A DNA stretch of 52,674 bases from positions 1 to 52,674 of the forward strand of contig JBDSBU010000171.1 of NCBI GenBank assembly GCA_039921445.1, written 5' to 3'. Position 1 is the first letter of the stretch. Every line of letters begins with the position of its first letter. The translations under genes were made by a program, and so were the position numbers. Positions 48,856 to 52,674 of the stretch are shown here, piece by piece. This DNA comes from Marmoricola sp. Its GTDB lineage: Bacteria > Actinomycetota > Actinomycetes > Propionibacteriales > Nocardioidaceae. The notes under the pieces were generated by a model that was given only the letters and a program-made list of their open reading frames with translations, was not told the DNA's origin and did no database searches.

Positions 48856-49916
48856 CACCACGACCACTCCCCATCGCCGGCTGGGTCCAGGAGGGTTCGA
48901 CCGAGGGCGGCTGCGTCCCGCTCGGCGTGGTGCTGGCGCACGTAGAGCCCCAGGTCAGCCACCCGGCGCGCATGCTCCTCCTCGAGCGCGAGCGGTCCTG
49001 GACCGAGCGCATGACCCGCTCGCATCAGGATCTCCTCGACGCAGTCCGCCACCACCTGGCGCACGCGCAGCGCCAGTCGTTGTGCCGCCGCCGGTGACCC
49101 AGCCGGTCCGTCGACGACGTACGCCGCGTCCACGAGCACCGCACGAGCACGCGCCAGCGCGACGTCGACCGCACCGAGGTGCGCCAGCGCGATCTGGTCG
49201 GGTTCTCGGCGCAAGGAGGCTGCGCGCATGCGACGGCCCACTGCCACGGCGGCGCCGAACCAGATGGTCGCGACACCGATGCCACCCCAGGCGAAACCGG
49301 GCCGCTCGAGGTACCAGCCCGGTGCGCCGACGGCGGTTGCGGGCACGCGCTCGAGCAGCAGCCCTGTGCTGCGCACCCTCGACAGCCCGCGCGCGACCCA
49401 CGGCCCCTGGTCCTGCTGGCTACGCACTCCGGGATCATCAAGGTCGACGAGAAACAGGCCCCGACCCTCCTCGTCCACCCATGCGGTGAGGAGGGCATGG
49501 GTGACCTCGTCGGACAGCGAGCACCAGGGCTTTGGGCCGGTCAGGGTCCAGCGATCCTGCGGGCCCCGATCCGCGCTGAGGCGCCCACCACCGCCCTCCG
49601 CCCCGAACACTCCAAGGACTGCACCTAAAGGTGGCTCGATCTCCGTGCCGCCGGACTCCTGCAGGATCGCCAGGGCATCGAGGTGCGGCTCGACCACGCG
49701 GGCCACCGTGAGATCGGCTGCGCCGAGGGTCGCCAGCGCCTCCCAGAGGGCCAGTGTCTCGCCTCCCCCGGGACGGGGAAGATCCGTCCCCACCTGCCGT
49801 GCCAGCTCGAGAGCTGGAGCCAGATCCTGGGCTGCACCCGCCGATGCCGCACGGATGGCAAGCTCGCGCAGGTCCGACCGAGGGTGGGACCCGAGGGTCA
49901 CTGGTTCGGGCTGCAC
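48852..49916 (-). CDS. Acyl-CoA dehydrogenase-like protein
   Basis: ARVVEPHLDA, GPKPWCS, WYLERPGF, DLGLYVRQHH; GGAGGAG RBS. Confidence 0.78.
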   Translation of the reverse strand: MQPEPVTLGSHPRSDLRELAIRAASAGAAQDLAPALELARQVGTDLPRPGGGETLALWEALATLGAADLTVARVVEPHLDALAILQESGGTEIEPPLGAVLGVFGAEGGGGRLSADRGPQDRWTLTGPKPWCSLSDEVTHALLTAWVDEEGRGLFLVDLDDPGVRSQQDQGPWVARGLSRVRSTGLLLERVPATAVGAPGWYLERPGFAWGGIGVATIWFGAAVAVGRRMRAASLRREPDQIALAHLGAVDVALARARAVLVDAAYVVDGPAGSPAAAQRLALRVRQVVADCVEEILMRAGHALGPGPLALEEEHARRVADLGLYVRQHHAERDAAALGRTLLDPAGDGEWSWW

Positions 49917-49946
49917 GAGGTCTCCTCCGGTAGGGCGAACTCCTTC

Positions 49947-49971
49947 GTACCCTCGCAGTCGTCGGACTAAC
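49947..49971 (-). promoter_or_regulatory. SigF/SigB-type stress promoter candidate
   Basis: Minus strand GTTA-N15-GGGTAC, versus consensus GTTT-N15-17-GGGTA. Confidence 0.5.
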
Positions 49972-50009
49972 TGCTGCAGTCCGGGTGTCGTTCTTGGCCC
50001 TGACGGCCG

Positions 50010-51350
50010 CTACTTCCGTGGGGGTGGTCGGGGTGGGGCGCTGCCCTGATTGCGGCTGCTCGGGGGCGGGGCGAAGGTGAATCCGGCCGCGCCGTCGTGG
50101 CGGATGGTCCAGGGTGCCTGGTGGATCAGGCGGTGGTGATGCCCGCAGAGCAGGACCATGTTCGGCAGGCTCGTGCTCCCGCCGTCGGCCCAGTGCTGGA
50201 CGTGGTGGGCGTGGCACATCAACGGTGGGCGGGTGCAGCTCGGGAAGCGGCAGTTTTGATCACGAGCGACAAGTGCTCTCCAGATCGCCGCGGTGACCAG
50301 CCGTTGCAGGCGTCCGACGTCGAGCACCTCCGACTTCGCCCCGAGCACGGCAGGAATCACCTCGGCATCACAGCAGAGCCGCCGGATCGCGGAGGGTGAG
50401 AGCTGCTCACCGGTCTCGGTGGTCGCGAACCCCGACAACGTCTGGAGCTCGGTCAGAGACATGGTCAGAGTCAGTCGCGGGACTCCACCGTGGGAGGTGG
50501 GCAGCAGGTCGGCGGTCTGGAGCCGGTGGCAGCTCTCGACGAGTGCGTCGAGCATCCGGGTGCCGTGGTCGCGTGGGTCGCGGCCGGTGTGGCTGCACCC
50601 AGGGACATCACAGGTGGCGGACTCGCAGATCGGGCCGGAGTTGGGTTGAGGTGCGGCCAACGGGATCAGGGTGGCCTTGATCAGGGCAGCGTCCTCAGTG
50701 GCGCACCTGCCCTTGATCCAGGCACCACCGCACTGGTCGTCCGTAATCAACAGAGCCCGGCCGAGATGGGCAGCGCGTTCGAGGCGGCCCAGCTCGGCCT
50801 CCGCACGCCGGTCCTCACCCTCAGGGTCGACCAGGGACAGCAGCCGGCGGGCGACCTTGCGCAGCTCGCTCGCATCAAGTCCCCCAGCTTCTTCGAGAAG
50901 CACCTGCACCCCACGGCTGCGCAGATCCAGGTCACCGGGCAGTGCGTCCACGGCACGCTCGATCACCAGGGCCTTGGCGGTGGAGAGCCACCCCTCAGCC
51001 AGCGCTTCACCCACCGGCGCCAACATCGTCCCTTCCACAGCTTTGGCGAGGCGCACGGTCGCAGGCCCGGTGCCCTTGTGCCCGCCGGCGACCGAGGTGA
51101 CGTAGTCCTGGGTCGAGGCCCAGCCAGCACCCTTCACCGCCCCGGTCGCATCCAGTTCGCGGACCATCGCCAGCTCCAACGCGTCCAGGGACGACTTCAA
51201 CGCCTCGACCTCCGCGACCGCCTCCATCAGCTCAGCACGAGGACGGGCCGCCCACAACGTCGTCCCCAACCCCCGCACCTCGTTGCGCACACCAGCCAAC
51301 GCACCCGCGACGCCGGTGCCGCTGCGGGAGTCGAGCTGGTGGGTGGTCAT
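50010..51350 (-). CDS. DUF222 + HNH endonuclease (REP13E12/Rv1128c family)
   Basis: RRLCCDA, VLDVGR, RDQNCRFPSC, CHAHHVQHWADGG.T.L.N.VLLCGHHHRLIH. Confidence 0.88.
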   Translation of the reverse strand: MTTHQLDSRSGTGVAGALAGVRNEVRGLGTTLWAARPRAELMEAVAEVEALKSSLDALELAMVRELDATGAVKGAGWASTQDYVTSVAGGHKGTGPATVRLAKAVEGTMLAPVGEALAEGWLSTAKALVIERAVDALPGDLDLRSRGVQVLLEEAGGLDASELRKVARRLLSLVDPEGEDRRAEAELGRLERAAHLGRALLITDDQCGGAWIKGRCATEDAALIKATLIPLAAPQPNSGPICESATCDVPGCSHTGRDPRDHGTRMLDALVESCHRLQTADLLPTSHGGVPRLTLTMSLTELQTLSGFATTETGEQLSPSAIRRLCCDAEVIPAVLGAKSEVLDVGRLQRLVTAAIWRALVARDQNCRFPSCTRPPLMCHAHHVQHWADGGSTSLPNMVLLCGHHHRLIHQAPWTIRHDGAAGFTFAPPPSSRNQGSAPPRPPPRK

Positions 51351-51356
51351 GAGTCA

Positions 51357-51379
51357 ATCCAAGCATCGACCACTGACAA
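51357..51379 (-). promoter_or_regulatory. PafBC/RecA-NDp-like DNA-damage promoter
   Basis: Minus strand TTGTCAGTG-N8-TTGGAT-N6-ATG, versus tTGTCRgtg-N8-TAnnnT. Confidence 0.55.
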
Positions 51380-51509
51380 CCCATCCGGGCCGGAATCCCC
51401 CACCACGTAGGCGGATTATCGGCTTGCGGGCCAGGGCCAGGATCAGCCGGGGACATTGCGAAGCTGATGATCGAGGAAGCCGAAAGCCAGCGGCGCCAGT
51501 GACCCAACC

Positions 51510-52313
51510 CTAGGCGCGCGGCTGAGCGGGTCCCGGCGGCCAGCGCGACCAGTCAGCGGAAGCCGACGTGCCCAAGTTTGCGCGCAGGTTGGGATCATCG
51601 GCACACAAGACGATCACCCGGGCCAACGCCCCCGGGTGCACCGGCAGCTCGTCGACGGGAACGGCGAGCACCCCCTGCGCGGCTGTGGGCAACTTGGCCC
51701 AGCCGGGCCAGCCGGAGGTCCGGGTAGCAGTGGCCGTGGTGTGCACGACCACGCCCAACGGCTCACCGGGGGTGCGGGGCGGGACGCTGCCGCTGACGTC
51801 GGCCCAGGCCACCTGCCAGCGCGCGCCGAAGCGTTCCGCTGCCAGCCACTCGGGCGTCAGCTCGACCCTGGTGCTCCGCAGTCCCCGACTCACGGGGACG
51901 ACCAAGTAACCTGCCGCGATCGCGGCGACGACCAGCAGGATCACGCCCACTGTCGGGCTCCCGGAGCTGATCCCGACCACGCCGCCCACGGCAGCGCACA
52001 GCGCCACCCAGGCAATGGCTGTGCAGGCGACGATCACCGTGGCGGACCGGGCGACGACCGTGACCATGGCAGGAGCGCCTGGGGAGGACGCGGTCGCGAC
52101 CACAGCCCGGCCCTTCGGCGCAGGCCCGCCTCGCAGAAGCTGAAGCAGGCCCGAGCAGATGCCCAGACCCAGCATCAGCGCGCCGAGTACAGCGACGCCC
52201 GGCTCGCCGCCGAGGGAGCTCCAGGTGACGACGAGACCCACGAGGAACAGCAGGGCCGCTCCCAGCACAGGGAGTGGCCGCGGGCGGCGCGTCGCACGCA
52301 AGAAGTCGGTCAT
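51510..52313 (-). CDS. Four-TM membrane protein with PH-like C-terminal region
   Basis: ATG 1 nt after the upstream stop; two TM hairpins; VELTPEWL...WQVAWADV. Confidence 0.6.
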   Translation of the reverse strand: MTDFLRATRRPRPLPVLGAALLFLVGLVVTWSSLGGEPGVAVLGALMLGLGICSGLLQLLRGGPAPKGRAVVATASSPGAPAMVTVVARSATVIVACTAIAWVALCAAVGGVVGISSGSPTVGVILLVVAAIAAGYLVVPVSRGLRSTRVELTPEWLAAERFGARWQVAWADVSGSVPPRTPGEPLGVVVHTTATATRTSGWPGWAKLPTAAQGVLAVPVDELPVHPGALARVIVLCADDPNLRANLGTSASADWSRWPPGPAQPRA

Positions 52314-52314
52314 C

Positions 52315-52674
52315 TCAGTCGAAGAGTCCACCGATGGCACTCCCCAACGATTCGACACCGTCCACGATCGCTCCGCCTGTGTCCTCGAGCGCACCGACGC
52401 CGGCGGCTGCCGCGTCGCCGAGGTCCCCTGCCTCGGAGTGATTTTCTACCATCCCGCTTGGAAAGATCCCGACACCGGCACCAACGACGGCGCCGACCGC
52501 TGTCCCGAGGACAGGCACGGGGACCAGTGTGCCGATGGCGGCTCCGGCGGAGACCGAGAAGCCGAACCCGAGACCACCGGAGACCGTGGCCTGCACGGGG
52601 TCCTTGCCGCTGTGGATGTCATCGGCGATGCCCGCCACGGCCAGCGCAACACTGAGCTTCAACGGCAGCGACTT
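52315..52674 (-). CDS. Partial C-terminus of a glycine-zipper protein, resembling WXG100/T7SS-secreted proteins
   Basis: Open to the right edge; AGAAIGTLVPVPVLGTAVGAVVGAGVG and SLGSAIGGLFD end. Confidence 0.55.
   Translation of the reverse strand, partial: KSLPLKLSVALAVAGIADDIHSGKDPVQATVSGGLGFGFSVSAGAAIGTLVPVPVLGTAVGAVVGAGVGIFPSGMVENHSEAGDLGDAAAAGVGALEDTGGAIVDGVESLGSAIGGLFD

Overview
High-GC actinobacterial DNA, probably Nocardioides/Marmoricola-like (inferred from gene content). The backbone is a KstR-controlled sterol catabolic region: Rv1894c-like gene, fadD19, echA19, fadD8-like, Rv3520c/Rv3521-like, ltp4, ltp3, cyp125, fadA5, hsaADCB, hsaEGF, kstD and hsd4B/chsH3. Seven TnnAACnnGTTnnA operators are readable directly in the sequence. 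Accessory modules are interleaved. The most striking is at the left edge: a CHAT-domain protease followed 13 bp later by a gene missing from the ORF track, encoding an alpha/beta-hydrolase fused to a caspase-like C14 domain. This is a candidate protease-cascade defence or cell-death system. Other modules: a signal-less PhoD paired with a Tat-exported phosphodiesterase, an OhrR/SigK divergon, a RIO kinase with an overlapping leader ORF, an sqr-dsrC/tusE-dsrE2 operon with DosR-like boxes, two AbiEi/DUF559-like genes sharing an upstream motif, an ACAD-like/PIG-L-NodS/GT2 operon behind a SigF-like promoter, a DUF222-HNH gene with a PafBC-like promoter, and a partial T7SS-effector-like gene at the right edge. 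No rRNA, tRNA, CRISPR array or transposase was seen. All calls come from reading motifs by eye; no database searches were run.
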